Origin: Gracilinanus agilis
Taxonomy: Eukaryota
Direction of reading: 5' to 3'
DNA length: 64,000 bases
Assembly (NCBI RefSeq): GCF_016433145.1
Contig: NC_058132.1
Coordinates: 276,298,939 to 276,362,938 of the forward strand
A program made the translations under genes and the position numbers. The notes below the pieces were generated by a model. The model worked only from the letters and a program-made list of their open reading frames with translations. It was not told the DNA's origin and made no database searches. How positions within the stretch are numbered: the first letter of the stretch is position 1; every line of letters begins with the position of its first letter. Shown one piece after another: positions 22,501-33,816 of this stretch.

Positions 22501-23249
22501 ATCATCCCTAAGTTTGGATTTCCTGATATGTTGGGGTCTGACAATGGACCAGCCTTTGTAAGCAAGGTGTCCAGAGGGGTTGCCATGGCTTTGGGGATTA
22601 ATTGGAAGCTATACTGTGAGTATAACTTCCAAAGTTCCAGCCAAGTAGAGAGGATGAACAGGACAATCAAGGAGACCTTATCTAAATTGGTCCAAGAGAC
22701 TGGCATAGAATGGGTGACCCTTCTTCCTTTGGCCTTGCTCCATGCCCGGAACACCCCTGGCCCACATTCTCTTACCCCTTACGAAATCCTATATGGATCC
22801 CTTCCTACTATCCTCCCTTCCATTCCCTGAACCATTGAGGGCACCGATACTCCAGCTGAATTGAGGCCCATGTTGTTGGAGACCTTTGGCCTCAAGTCAA
22901 GGAGGCTTTCCAACTGGAGCCTCACCCCCCGCATGAGTACAATCTGGGAGATTGGTTTTGGGTAAGGAGACACCATAAGGGTTCCCTACAGCCCCAATAG
23001 AAGGGTCCTCATGTTGTTTTGTTCGTTACCCCTTCTGCCCTTAAGGTCGATGGCATCAGACCTTGGGTCCACCACTCCCATGTCTGAAAAGCAGAACCTC
23101 CCAATCTACAGCCTTCGGACCAGTGGCGAGTCACACGTCATTCAACAAACCCCCTGAAGCTTCATTTGACCCGACATTATGAACCCCCTTCTGTTCCTGC
23201 TACCTTTCCTCCAACTGATGATACCAAGCAACTGTTATCAGCCACATGA
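19526..23249 (+). pseudogene. pol: pro-pol (protease, RT, RNase H, integrase), defective
   Basis: FLVDPG (DTG changed to DPG); WNTPLLPV; LPQGFKN; *YVDN (YVDD changed); TDGSSF, AQKAEL and YTDS; integrase VDFT, SDNG and VERMN; many stops and frameshifts. Confidence 0.95.
20894..21007 (-). mobile_element. 5'-truncated SINE1_Mdo-type SINE inserted in pol
   Basis: 10-bp TSD GGAATGGACT at 20884-20893 and 21008-21017. Confidence 0.93.
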
Positions 23250-25075
23250 TAGCTCCTTCTCTAATCCGCATTTACCCTGGCAATGGACTCTCAGCAGTTG
23301 GGAAAGTTCCACTACTCTCTGGACTGTTATCTCCTCTGGAGCTCCATTTTTTAAGGTCTCCCCCTGTGACCTCCTCCCAATCTTGGGGACTTGTCTTGAG
23401 AACACCCCTGGAAACCCATGCTGGCTCCCAACTTATGATCGGTTTTATGCATGTCCTTCCTCCATCCTGGGGAAATCATACTGCAATAGCCCAGGCCATT
23501 ACTACTGTGGTCACTGGGACTGTGCGACCCTAACAACTGAAGAATGTTCCCTTAACAGACCAGATCCCTTTTTCTCCTTTTCATGTGGCCCCCTGGTTGC
23601 AAAACTCAACAGGGGATGAGGGATGCCGTAGTAGAAGGGGACCGGGGGCCGTGGACCAGCTGCTTTTATCTCAACCTTATGGTCCAAGCCCCACAGGATA
23701 TGGGTTGGATCTTGGGTCGTACATGGGGACTAAGGGCATATATAAATGGCGTTGATCCAGGGGGGCTTTTCCTTATAAAGAAGGAGGCTGTTCTCCCCTC
23801 TACTCCCATAGGCTCCAGTAAAGCTTTAAATCCCCAGCAGACCCCTCCAGAAACCGTCATACCCACCCCCTGCCCCAATCAAGCTCCAGACACCATCATA
23901 CCCACCCCACTACCTACCCCAAACCTTAACTCCTCTGTTACACTTACACCCTCGACCCCAGTCCTGATCTAGGACCCATACCCCCTATGGCCCATGTTGC
24001 AAGCCTCCTACCTTTCACTGAACCAATCCTTCCCTAATCTTACTGAGAGCTGCTGGCTCTGCCTAGATGCCAACCCCTCATACTATGATGCTATAGCACT
24101 GAATACTTCCTACAATACCTCCAACGAGGTGAACTCCCCCCCATCCCCCCGAGTGTGACTGGAATGACAGGAAGAAGGGCCTCACTTTGCAATCCATCTT
24201 AGGGTCTGTCCACTGTATAGGGAACATCTCCAAACCCCTAGCCCAGCTATGTGATAGAATCTCAAGTGCAGACAATTTCTATATTCCCCCTAAAGGAGCT
24301 CCACCACTGGACTAACACCCTGTGTAGCCCAGACCACCCTGTCCTCCACGAATGAAATGTGTCTCCTTATCACAATCCTACCCAGCATCCTCTTCCACCC
24401 TGAGGAGGACCTTTACTGCTACTGGGAAGCTTGCTCCCCAGCATCCATCAGGACAAAGCAGGAACCTATCACTATCATCACCCTCACAACTATCTTTGGT
24501 CTAGCGGGTGTAGGAACAGGTATAGCCTCCCTGACGCTTCATCATCAAAGTCTTTCAGCCCTCAGGGTTGTAGTAAATGAGGACTTAGCCAGAATAGAAA
24601 CCTCCATCACCCACCTTGAAAAATCCCTTACCTCCCTGTCTGAAGTAGCTCTTCAGAATTGCAAGGGCCTGGACCTCCTTTTTCTCCAACAAGAAGGCCT
24701 CTGTACAGCACTTGTAGAGAAATGCTGCTTCCATTCTGATCACACAGGGGTCGTGAGGGAGTCCACAACCAAACTCAGAGAAAGCCTCACCAGTCAACAA
24801 CGGGAGCAAGAGTCTCAGGAGAGGTGGTTCGAGCACATCTTCTACCAATCTCCTTGGCTCACTACCTTCATCTCCACCCTATTAGGCCCCCTCCTCATCT
24901 TTCTTCTTCTTCTAACCCTCAGCCCTTGTATTATCAATTGTTTAGTGGCTTTTTGTGAAAGATCATATTAGCGCTGTCCTGAAACAGCAATATCAAACCC
25001 CTCCCGACCCCCCAGAAACCCCACATGATGATGCTAACACATCTGTTTGAGGATGATTCCTCAAAGATTCATTAA
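23179..25075 (+). pseudogene. env: env (gamma-type SU and TM), defective
   Basis: Signal peptide; NPH; FYACP; TWGLR..GVDPG; proline-rich region; CWLC (24051-24062); RTKQ (degenerate furin site); ISD LQNCKGLDLLFLQQEGLC; CX6CC; transmembrane helix. Confidence 0.93.
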
Positions 25076-25087
25076 AGAAGTGGGGAA
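25074..25087 (+). other. Polypurine tract
   Basis: AAAGAAGTGGGGAA immediately before the 3' LTR. Confidence 0.9.
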
Positions 25088-25435
25088 TGATAGGCCTGGG
25101 AAGCTAACTGAGCCCCAAATAATAAGAGCTGACACAAACAGTAATATCTGCTAACAGTAACATCTGCTAAATGACAGGAAGATCCCCAACCAGTAGCATC
25201 TGCGGAATGAATGACAGGAAGACCCTCAAACAATAGCATCTGCTGAATAAAAAAGCAAACATCCAGCCCCCAAGTCCCTACTCAAACTATGTAAGCTGGC
25301 TAAACCCTTCATTCAGGGTTCCATTTGCCTTGGAGGCTGTGGGACCCAAGCTCAAGCTTGCAATAAAGGAGTACCTCTTGCTTTTACATTATCTGGTGTG
25401 CCTCCTAATTTGGGAAATCAGAACCGGGCTGAACA
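25088..25435 (+). repeat. 3' LTR (348 bp)
   Basis: About 95% identical to the 5' LTR; TATA position reads TATGTAAG. Confidence 0.97.
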
Positions 25436-25726
25436 GTGTTGGGTGCCATGAACTAAGATTAGTGAGAGGGAGGGGAAAATCTTTAACTAACCTGCCCTTT
25501 TAGTGACTTTTTTGTTGCTGAATTTCATTTGCTAATGAAAATTCATTTAGCCACTAAGTCTTCATTTGAAGGTTGGTATTTTGTACACTTCAAGCCCAAG
25601 GAAGTGCTACTAACTTCATCTGTCATGGTGTTTCTTTTGTTGGTTTTGATATTATTTAATGCATGCGACCGCGTGTCATCGAAAATGGCTACCTGTGACA
25701 TGTGTGTCATAGGTTTATCATTAGGG
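25436..25726. mobile_element. hAT MITE, right part
   Basis: Degenerate right TIR (ataggtttatcatta) followed by TSD CCCTAAGC (25727-25734). Confidence 0.75.
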
Positions 25727-25769
25727 CCCTAAGCTATGGAAACTGAAGTGTTTTGTTGTTATTCACTTG

Positions 25770-26010
25770 GGTTTGTTTGTTTGTTTGTTTGTTTTTTTCA
25801 GTCATGTACTATTATTCCTAGCCCCATTTGGGATTCTGGGCAAAGAACTGGAATGGTTTACCGTTTCCTTCTTCAGTTTATTTTACAGATGAATAAACTG
25901 AGGCAAACATAGTAAAGTGACTTGCCCAGGGTTAGCTTGCTAGTTAAGTGTCTGAGACCAATCTTGGACTCCATATCTGGCCATCTCTATTCACTGGGCC
26001 ATCTAGTTGC
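25770..26010 (-). mobile_element. MAR1-like CORE SINE
   Basis: (ttgt)n tail, ccccatttggg, ttttacagatga CORE motif. Confidence 0.75.
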
Positions 26011-26207
26011 CCCAAAGTATATTATTCTCTAATGCAATTTCCTTCCAGATTGGATCTCTTTTATTTCAAGCTTCAAAAAAATGTCAAACACTCTTAAAGA
26101 AACTTAAAATGATCTATGCAGGAACTCACTCTCTGCCAAAGGCAGAATAGCTGAAAATTTTAAAACTTGATTTAATGATCATTTCATTCCTTGAAAAGTG
26201 AATTGCT

Positions 26208-26383
26208 TGGGGCAGCTGGGTAGCTCAGAGTCAGGCCTAGAGACAGGAGGTCCTAGGTTCAAACCTGGCCTCAGCCACTTCCCAGCTGTGTGACCCTGGG
26301 CAAGTCACTTGACCCCCATTGCCCACCCTTACCAATCTTCCACCTATGAGACAATACACCGAAGTACAAGGGTTTAAAAAAAA
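26208..26383 (+). mobile_element. SINE1_Mdo-type SINE
   Basis: 14-bp TSD AAAAGTGAATTGCT; short deletion in the head. Confidence 0.93.
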
Positions 26384-26454
26384 AAAAGTGAATTGCTATC
26401 CAGGATGAAATTCTGGTCTTCAAGGAAGAACTGATTGCTAAAGTAGACTAGTGC

Positions 26455-28960
26455 TGTCAACTTGGAAAAACACAGAACTACTAGTCAGAAAAAAACAAGT
26501 CTTTAATCAGGAGATAGGTCCAATAATCTGAAACTATCACAGACATTGATATATATCTAGTGTAGGAAGGGGATTATCAGATAGTAGGGGTGTGACCTAA
26601 TGACCCACCCCCAGACAATGGAACACCTGGGCCAAAGTTGTTTACTCCCTCTCCCTATTAGGAAGACTTTTGAGGGTATAATTTGGATGGGTGCTCCCCA
26701 AACTGGAAGGGTGGTGGAGATGATGGAGGAAGGTGTTAGGATTAGTTTGAATCCTAAATGACTTCTGTCCAATGTTCAGAGCCACTAAAATCTTGACAAA
26801 ACTCCCCCAAGAACTTTCCAAATGTTTTTTCTTCAAGATGGAGTCTGTAATGGGAAGAAATTTGAGGAAAGGTGTGTGGTAAAGGAGATTTTGAAGGGAG
26901 GTTGTCAGGGACTTGCTAGGAAAGTAACATGGATTACAGGTAGGCTGGAATAGGGAGATTCAGGATATAATATGGGCTGAAGTCAGGGAGTATAGCACTA
27001 AAGGTAACAAAGATTTTCAGGGAGAGGAGGAATTAATCTAAACAGGCAAAGAACAGCAGGGTTTATAGACTAGGACTTAGACTAAAGACAAACTGAGGGA
27101 AATAGACTGAACTGAAATTAACTACAGGCTTTAGTTGATTTCACAGGAAGGGACTTGTTTTGAAGTTACACCTTCCTTCAAGATGGATACCCCGGCTTCC
27201 CTTCAAGCCCAGAGTATATGTTGGTTCTTTCCCTCTTCTTCCCTCTCTTACTAATTAACTGACAAAGTATCTAACAGGTCTGTTGAAACACAAAAGGGTT
27301 TATTGTCTTATAAGGTTGATTTGTCAGGAAAAGTGGATTGAGGAAGCCCTAACAGTTGTTTAAAGAAACCTCAGGTGGGGAAGGGAGGCAGAGGTGGAGT
27401 TTGAGCAAGGTCCTGCCTTAACTCAGCTCTCAAGGTGATCTTGATGTCTAAAGGGAATAAAATGATGACTAACTAACTTCTCTAGATAAAATACTGCCAA
27501 ATTATAGTTAAACCTCTCACAGATTTGAACTACTCTCTGACTTACTCTCCTTATTCACTCCACAGACATTTAAGGTAAGGGAAGGAAGGTAGGAAATGAG
27601 GTAGGGTATGGAGATACAAAGGGTTTATCTAAACTAACAATTTCTTAAATATTCCAAAACTAGGCTAAATTTCAATTCTTCAGATAGGCAAGGAAGCAGC
27701 TCAGCTGATCTGACTCTCTCTCCACGAGATTCCCACACCAACTGCCCTCTCTCCCTCAAGATTCTAAACTCCTAACTGATTTCAGAACTCAGCCAAAGCT
27801 TGAAAAAAACTGTCATGACCCCCACTCTCTGTACTACAAGTCAAATGTTCTAAAACCTCCCTTCAGACACCCAACAAATACCTCCCCCTTGAAGGTCCCT
27901 ACTCCAAACTCTAATCAATGTAACTAATATATCTGAACAGGGATTTATTGTGAAGATAAAGTATTTGGGGTTCAGGGAAGGGGAAGGATATGGGGAATCA
28001 GGAATGGGGGGAGGGAAAGGAATAGACTTCACTAACAACCATGAACTTCCCCCTGGGGCAGACAGCACTGGATCTCTTTTGATGCTTGATCTCAGTACTT
28101 GTACCTCACCCCCTATAATCTCCTAAACACTATTCAATAACCTAATATAAAAGGGGAGTAACAAGGATAAATGAATCAAGCAGGATCAGGGAAGGGACCA
28201 CCCCCACCCCACCCACCCCCACTTCGAGCCTGGTCCCCCAGGAGTCCGGGTTCTTGGGCCAAAAATGGAGAACTGCTGTTCAATGTCTTCTTGGTTGGTA
28301 AAGAAAGCTTGTAGAAATCAATGATGGCATTTGTGGTCTCCACTCAGTCTCAAATATAGGGATATAGAGGAACCAGATTCTCTCAAAATCCACTACTCTC
28401 ACATCCCTTGATCCAACCCCCTTCTCTCCCTTCCTCCCCCCTCCCCAAGTTCAAACAGGAGTGAAGTGACAGTTGAAGCTGCTCCTCCTCTGACCCCTCC
28501 TTCACATTCCAAACCTCCAGCCTCTTCCTGAGGCTGCTCCAAGTTCCAAAGCTGTATGCTTTACTTAGCTCCCTTTGCTAAATGCAATCAACACTGTTAC
28601 ACTAGTGAGTAAAAGACAACCAACTAACCCAATTTCACAATACAATTATGAGTAATTATCTTAAGACAGGCAGCAGCTTACTTCATGTTAGACTCTGAAG
28701 CATTTTAGGAAATGCCCTTTGCTTGACCATAATAAAAGGATCCTAGTTTTGACCACCCAAGTTCCTCATGGTTCAGGGTGTCACAGGGTTATTCTTCATG
28801 GCACAAGTTATCATGTTAGGTGGAAAGATCTTGGCTATTTGGGGAGTCCTCTGTAGCCCCTTCAGCTGATTGGTTAGTCTTAGGAAGAGCATGACTTTCT
28901 CAACTCTTTGACAAAGGTGTTTTACAACATTTTCCAACCCTGGGGACCCTGCCTCATTTC
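26455..28960. mobile_element. Cluster of nested LTR-derived fragments
   Basis: TGTCAACTTGGAAAAACAC start resembling 14522; several LTR-like blocks; no coding motifs. Internal boundaries not resolved. Confidence 0.45.
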
Positions 28961-28995
28961 CAGAGAAATGAATTGGTAGAGATCACCTCTGCTCC

Positions 28996-29712
28996 TGTGA
29001 AAATGTATGGTTTTTTAAATTACTTTTTTAAAATTGAGAATATTTTCCCATGGTTACATGATTCATGTTCTTTCCCTCTTTCCCAACCCCCGCCCCACTC
29101 CCCATAGCCTACTGCAATTCTACTGGGTTTTACATGTATCATTGATCAAGACCTATTTCCATGTTGAAAATGTATGTTTTGAGTAAAGATGGAGACGCCA
29201 AAGCTTGTCCTTGTTCCAATGAGAATACAACCTGAAGGGAATCTCAGTTTCAGACTGAACAACAGACCGTAAGATATTTAATGGACTCAGCTAGGTAGGG
29301 TTAACAGATTTTAATGAAATGCAAAAATATTCTTTTACCCCAGTAGCTTCTCCCATAGTATTGGAGAGCCTTTCCCAAGAAGACCCACACCTGGGCAGGG
29401 AACATCCTTTCAGTATCCTTTGTAAGGTAGGCGCCCTAGCCTCTGGCTGTGGTTTCTTTCTTAAGCCTGATAGTATCTTGTCAGTGTAGTTTGAGCACTC
29501 CCATTTCCTAGTAGTCATGGTAATGCCAATCAATCATATTTCCCTGTCCCTCGGTTCCCCCAAAAGTATACAAGTTCCCCATTTCGTTTGTCCTTTAGAA
29601 TTGTCATCTAGCAGTGCCAAACCTAGGGGTCAGTGACCAGAGCAACCAGTCTTGGGACTCTGTGTGGAGGCCTAGAGAAAAGCACTGAACCCCTTTTCCT
29701 TCATTAAAGAGT

Positions 29713-29750
<38 letters not shown>

Positions 29751-29790
29751 ATTTAATGGTTCTGTGTTTTTTCCAGTTTAACTCTGTTCA
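28996..29790 (+). mobile_element. Solo LTR-like element with L1 insertion and T34 run
   Basis: TG...CA ends, ATTAAA at about 29703 followed by GT/T-rich sequence. No TSD confirmed. Confidence 0.55.
29010..29164 (-). mobile_element. 5'-truncated L1 (3' UTR only)
   Basis: 12-bp TSD TGAAAATGTATG at 28998-29009 and 29165-29176. Confidence 0.9.
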
Positions 29791-30253
29791 ATAGTCCATG
29801 TCTCCCCTAAAAGTCCTTTCGCCTTTTTTTGCATCCCCTGCGCTTAGCACAGAGCTTGGTGCACACTGTATGTACTTAATAAATATTTAATTAATTAATT
29901 CGTCTAGGGCCTCTAACTGTCCCTATCTGGGTGCTGAAAGTGGAGGTAGTTCTAGCACTTGGGAGCCAGACAGCAGGCCCCTTTATGGCTGGTGACCCTC
30001 AATGTTCAGCTTCCCACTTGCTAGGCTCGCATTGCAAAAATGTATACTGGAGTCCCTTTCTCTCTCTCTCTTTCTGAACTTCCATTAAAATCTGCTTGGT
30101 TGTCTGTCCCGTTCTCCCTCTAAACACCACTACAGTTTCCCTCCCTAAATTGGGCACAGACAACAAAATGTCTCCTAGTTCCGTGGCCTCGGTCCCGCCC
30201 CACCTCGAGCCTGAAAGGTAAAAATGTCTTTTCTCCCAAGAGGAACATCCCTG

Positions 30254-30278
30254 AACTACATTTCCCAGTAGACCCCGC
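30254..30278 (+). promoter_or_regulatory. ZNF143/THAP11 (SBS, ACTACA-TCCCA) motif
   Basis: AACTACATTTCCCAGTAGACCCCGC matches the ACTACAnnTCCCAG promoter motif. Confidence 0.7.
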
Positions 30279-31172
30279 AGCGAGTACTGGGAGACACACC
30301 TCTAACCTGGAGAGGTAAGATCGAAAGCCGGCCAGCTACACCTAAAGCTTTCCTCACAACCCTGCAAGTTAAATGATATTTCTTAATTTCACGGAGGAAG
30401 AATTAGAAGTTTCAAAATGTTAACGGATTGCACAATTAGTCAAATGTCACGTAACATAAAAATTTGAACCTAGGTCTCATTAGCCACTGTTCTTCCCACT
30501 ATTTCGGTCACGCTGGGAGAACCAAGCCTGGGCACCAAAGCCTGTTTTCATTCCCGTTTCTCGGGAACCCGGGGCCTGTGGAGGAGACCAAGCAGTGATG
30601 AAATTCTGGGGTGGGGTGAGTCGTTTCATCTGCCTAAGGAGCGATGCTTCCCAGGTAGGTTCCTGGAGGACGCAAGAACGCAATGTGAAGCCTGGGTATG
30701 GGCGCCCCCTGCTGCTATCAATCTGTTTTGTGTCAAGCTCTCGCCACCCTGACGCCCCGCTTGTAGGCTTCTGTCACAACTTCCGGGCCTCGAAGGTCCT
30801 CATTCCGGAAGGGGACCTCGAGATCGGGAGGTGGTTAAGGCTAACGCCTGAAGATCGCGTGACCCTGGAGTCAAGGTAGTCGCCCTCCCTTGAACCTGCT
30901 TATGGAGGAGGAAGCAGGAGAAAGACGCTGATAGCTGATCTGGGCCTAACCGAAGGAAGGAGTAGTGCAGGAGCCTCAGGAAGGGGTCTCGGTCCCTTGA
31001 GAATCAGGCACGAGCAAAGGCAGCTGCATTTGCGGAAGTCCTGAGGCTGGGTCGGAGGACCATCGAGGAAGCGGCGGCTACTGGGTTGAGGAGGGAGGAG
31101 GCTCTGTCGCCGCTGTTACTGGCTCTGTCGTCCTTATCTCGCTTCACCTGTAGCAAACCTGGTCGCAGCAAG

Positions 31173-31212
31173 ATGCCCTTATTCACGCCTAATCCTTTTG
31201 AGCAGGATGTTG
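31173..31212 (+). CDS. STAM2: STAM2 coding exon 1 (MPLFTPNPFEQDV)
   Basis: ATG in aagATGc; peptide matches the STAM2 N-terminus; donor GTGAGT. Confidence 0.95.
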
Positions 31213-33158
31213 GTGAGTCACCGGTGCGGGCTCAGGGTTATTGGGGCTGTTCCCCTGGAGACGGGATCGGGGTGAGAGGAAGGGGCGGCGGTGGTGCCGC
31301 TCGGGGCTCTGGGGAGCTAAGGAAGGGCCTGATGGCGGCACCTCTCAGGACACTGGGCCCTCTACCATCCTGCCCCTCTTTCTCTGTGTCCCTTCCACTT
31401 TTTCTGGGGAGTGAGGGGAGCTGCGAGCGAACGCCCTTTCCCAGATCCCCTCTCCGGCCCTCTCTCCCCCATCCCCAGGCTTCTCTTCCCACTACCCGGG
31501 GACCCCGAAGATAGTGGCTAACGTGGATATGGGGGTGTCAGTTCCCCCCGTGTCTGTAGTGCAGTGCTAGCTCCCCTGAGCCCACCTCTTGCTAGCCTGT
31601 CTAGGGACATGATGCAGCAATTTGAGGTGTACCCCTGAGGTGCAGCCTGGTTCTCTCTGGTCAGGCTTTTTACTGTAGTGGAATGAAAGCATCTTTGACA
31701 ACTTTTACCCACTCCCTGACCCGGGTCCTGACCACAGAGCCTTAGTTCTGCTGATCATTTCTGTTCGTTCTGTACAAATAAAGATCGAGAGCTGTCTTCC
31801 AGTCGCTTAAATATTGTAGAATGAAGTAACAGGTCTGGTATCGTAGGATGGGAGTGCATTAAAGGAGTGGATTTTGTTAATAGGATCTTGAGATCTTTGA
31901 CTTTTCCAAGATTACAGGTTTTTGATAGAATGACATTAGATGGGGCTGGAACTAAATTGTTTTAAAGTACTAATGGAACAGCCTCCGCCCCTCCTCCAAC
32001 TCCCCAAATTAAGTTCTCCGAACCTCTAAAACGACATCCTCACACAAGACACTCCCATCTCCCAACTGGGCATTTCCACTGGTTATCCCCCCGCTGCCTG
32101 GTACCCTCTCCCTCCTCATTTCTTGCCCCCATGACTTCCTTCAAGATACTCCGCTAAAATCTAATCTCCTGCAAGAGGCCTTTCCCAGGTCTCCTAAATG
32201 TTATTGTCTTGCGTATCAATAATTTATTCTGTTTGTGTCTTATTCATACGTAGTTTGCATGTTCTCTCCCATTCCCCTACCCCCTTAGATTTTTGAACTT
32301 GAAGGCAAGGGCTGCTGTTTGCTTCTTTTGTGTCCCGACACTTAGCACACTGGCACATAAGTAGGAGCTTAATAGATGCTTATTGACTTAATTTGCTGAC
32401 TAAAAGTTATAGAAGGCAGTTAGTCTGTGGTAAGGGGGGAAATATGCCCTAAAGTGAAGAAAAGCATACCTGACCCATGGGAAATTTCATAATTATGCTC
32501 TTGTTTTAGTAATTAAGATTTTCTTATTTGAAAGCCAATAATTGTTTATAACCTGTAATAGTTATTTTACATATTTATAGTACTTTTTAGTTCTTTCAAG
32601 TTGTTTTCTTTGTTATTATAACAATCCTGTGATATAGGATAAAATATTTCTCCAATTTGCAAATGAGTAACAGGAGTGTAGAGATTGAGTGACTCATGCT
32701 GTGACACCTCACTGATTTGTGGTAAAGCCAGTATTGTAATGGATCTCCTGACCCAAGTCAGCCAGTATTGAAACCCTTTTATTTGTGTAATGAAAGGAAT
32801 GCCAAATTAGTCAGAGGAGCTCATATATTGAGCTTGACACTTAGTACTTTGTGACTTTGGGCAAGTTACTCATTCTTTCTGGATCTCTAGGAAAGTTGAT
32901 TTTTCTGCGCTTCAGTTTCTTCATCTGTAAAATGGGAGGATTTGACTCCATGATCTTAATGGCATCTTTCTACTCTGATTCTATGTGCAAAACACTATAA
33001 CAGTACTTGTGATGACAAAAAAGGAAAAACAGCATATTCCCTGCTATTAAGGAACTTTCAAGGTTGGGTGGGGAGGAGATAGGTACATAAAGAGAATCAG
33101 GGTAGAATTTGCTAAGTGGGAGGAGGCAGCAGGTTGAGACATTAAGAAATCTGAGGGA

Positions 33159-33328
33159 GGGCAGCTGGGTAGCTCCGTGGATTGAGATCCAGGCCTAGAG
33201 ATGGGAGGTCCTAGGTTCAAATCTGGCCTCAGATACTTCCCAGCTGTGTGACCCCCATCGCCCACCCTTACCACTCTTCCACCTATGAGCCAATTCACAG
33301 AAGTTAAGGGTTTAAAAAAAACATAAAA
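33159..33328 (+). mobile_element. SINE1_Mdo-type SINE
   Basis: 15-bp TSD AAGAAATCTGAGGGA; about 20-bp internal deletion. Confidence 0.92.
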
Positions 33329-33816
33329 AAGAAATCTGAGGGAAAAAGATCACTTCATAGAAATGATGATTCTTTTGATGGACCTTAAAGATTGAGAATA
33401 ACTTCACAGGTAGAAATATTTTAGGAGGAATTTCTAGATAGGGGATGAGAGTCTACAATGCATGAAAAATCAGAGCCGAGGGCAAGATGGGAATGAATAA
33501 TTTGCTGCATTTAGAATGTATGAAGTGAAGTAGAATGAGATGGAATCAGAAAACCTAGGTTCTAGTCTCACCTCTCTATCATCTGTGTCACCATGGGCAT
33601 ATCAGTTAACATCTCTGCACTTTATTTTCCTCATCAGTAAAATGACCTTTAAAACCCTTCTTAGTTCAGTAATGGTTAAGACTGGACAGTTAGGAGAGAC
33701 TCTGATTTCAAGGAGAGGGCTAAGAAATATTACATAGTCCAAAGGACTTCTTAATAAATTAATAGAGAATTGTTTCAGTAGAATATTGGGGATAGATGTT
33801 TAAGAGTAAATCGGAT

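Larger units (their letters stand above)
16843..25435 (+). mobile_element. Full-length defective gammaretrovirus-like (class I) endogenous provirus, 8593 bp
   Basis: Paired TG...CA LTRs, 4-bp TSD GTGT (16839-16842 and 25436-25439), tRNA-Pro PBS, PPT, and gag-pro-pol-env motifs in order. Confidence 0.98.
30180..31560 (+). promoter_or_regulatory. CpG-island promoter of STAM2
   Basis: Sharp rise in GC and CpG density against a CpG-depleted background; surrounds coding exon 1; ETS-type ACTTCCGG (30779) and CCGGAAG (30805). Confidence 0.9.

Noticed and set aside
23179-23619. 146-aa signal-peptide ORF as a co-opted secreted receptor blocker (Refrex/FeLIX-like)
   Set aside because: It frameshifts before the end of the receptor-binding domain (the TWGLR motif is in another frame), so a folded RBD is unlikely; no evidence of preferential preservation.
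17327-24848. Antisense ORFs across the provirus (e.g. 17515-17952, 19292-19696, 22335-22754, 24585-24848) as an HBZ-like antisense gene
   Set aside because: They mirror sense coding frames, mostly begin at non-ATG codons and show no recognisable motifs; they are expected shadow ORFs.
17885-25075. APOBEC3-type G-to-A hypermutation of the provirus
   Set aside because: The lesions I could read include C-to-T, G-to-A (often at CpG), transversions and indels on both strands, consistent with neutral methylation-driven decay rather than strand-specific editing.
16806-25659. 30-bp repeats (gtttcttttgttggtyttgatattatttaa) on both sides of the provirus as a large target duplication
   Set aside because: The true TSD is the 4-bp GTGT abutting both LTRs. 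The 30-mers lie at different distances from the LTRs and are internal repeats of the host MITE.
30446-30455. GTCACGTAAC as a TFEB CLEAR element for an endolysosomal gene
   Set aside because: It lacks the CACGTG core; at best a generic bZIP-like site.
31086-31514. 142-aa ORF over STAM2 exon 1
   Set aside because: Non-ATG start and read-through of the GTGAGT donor into GC-rich intron 1; only the 13 STAM2 codons are supported.
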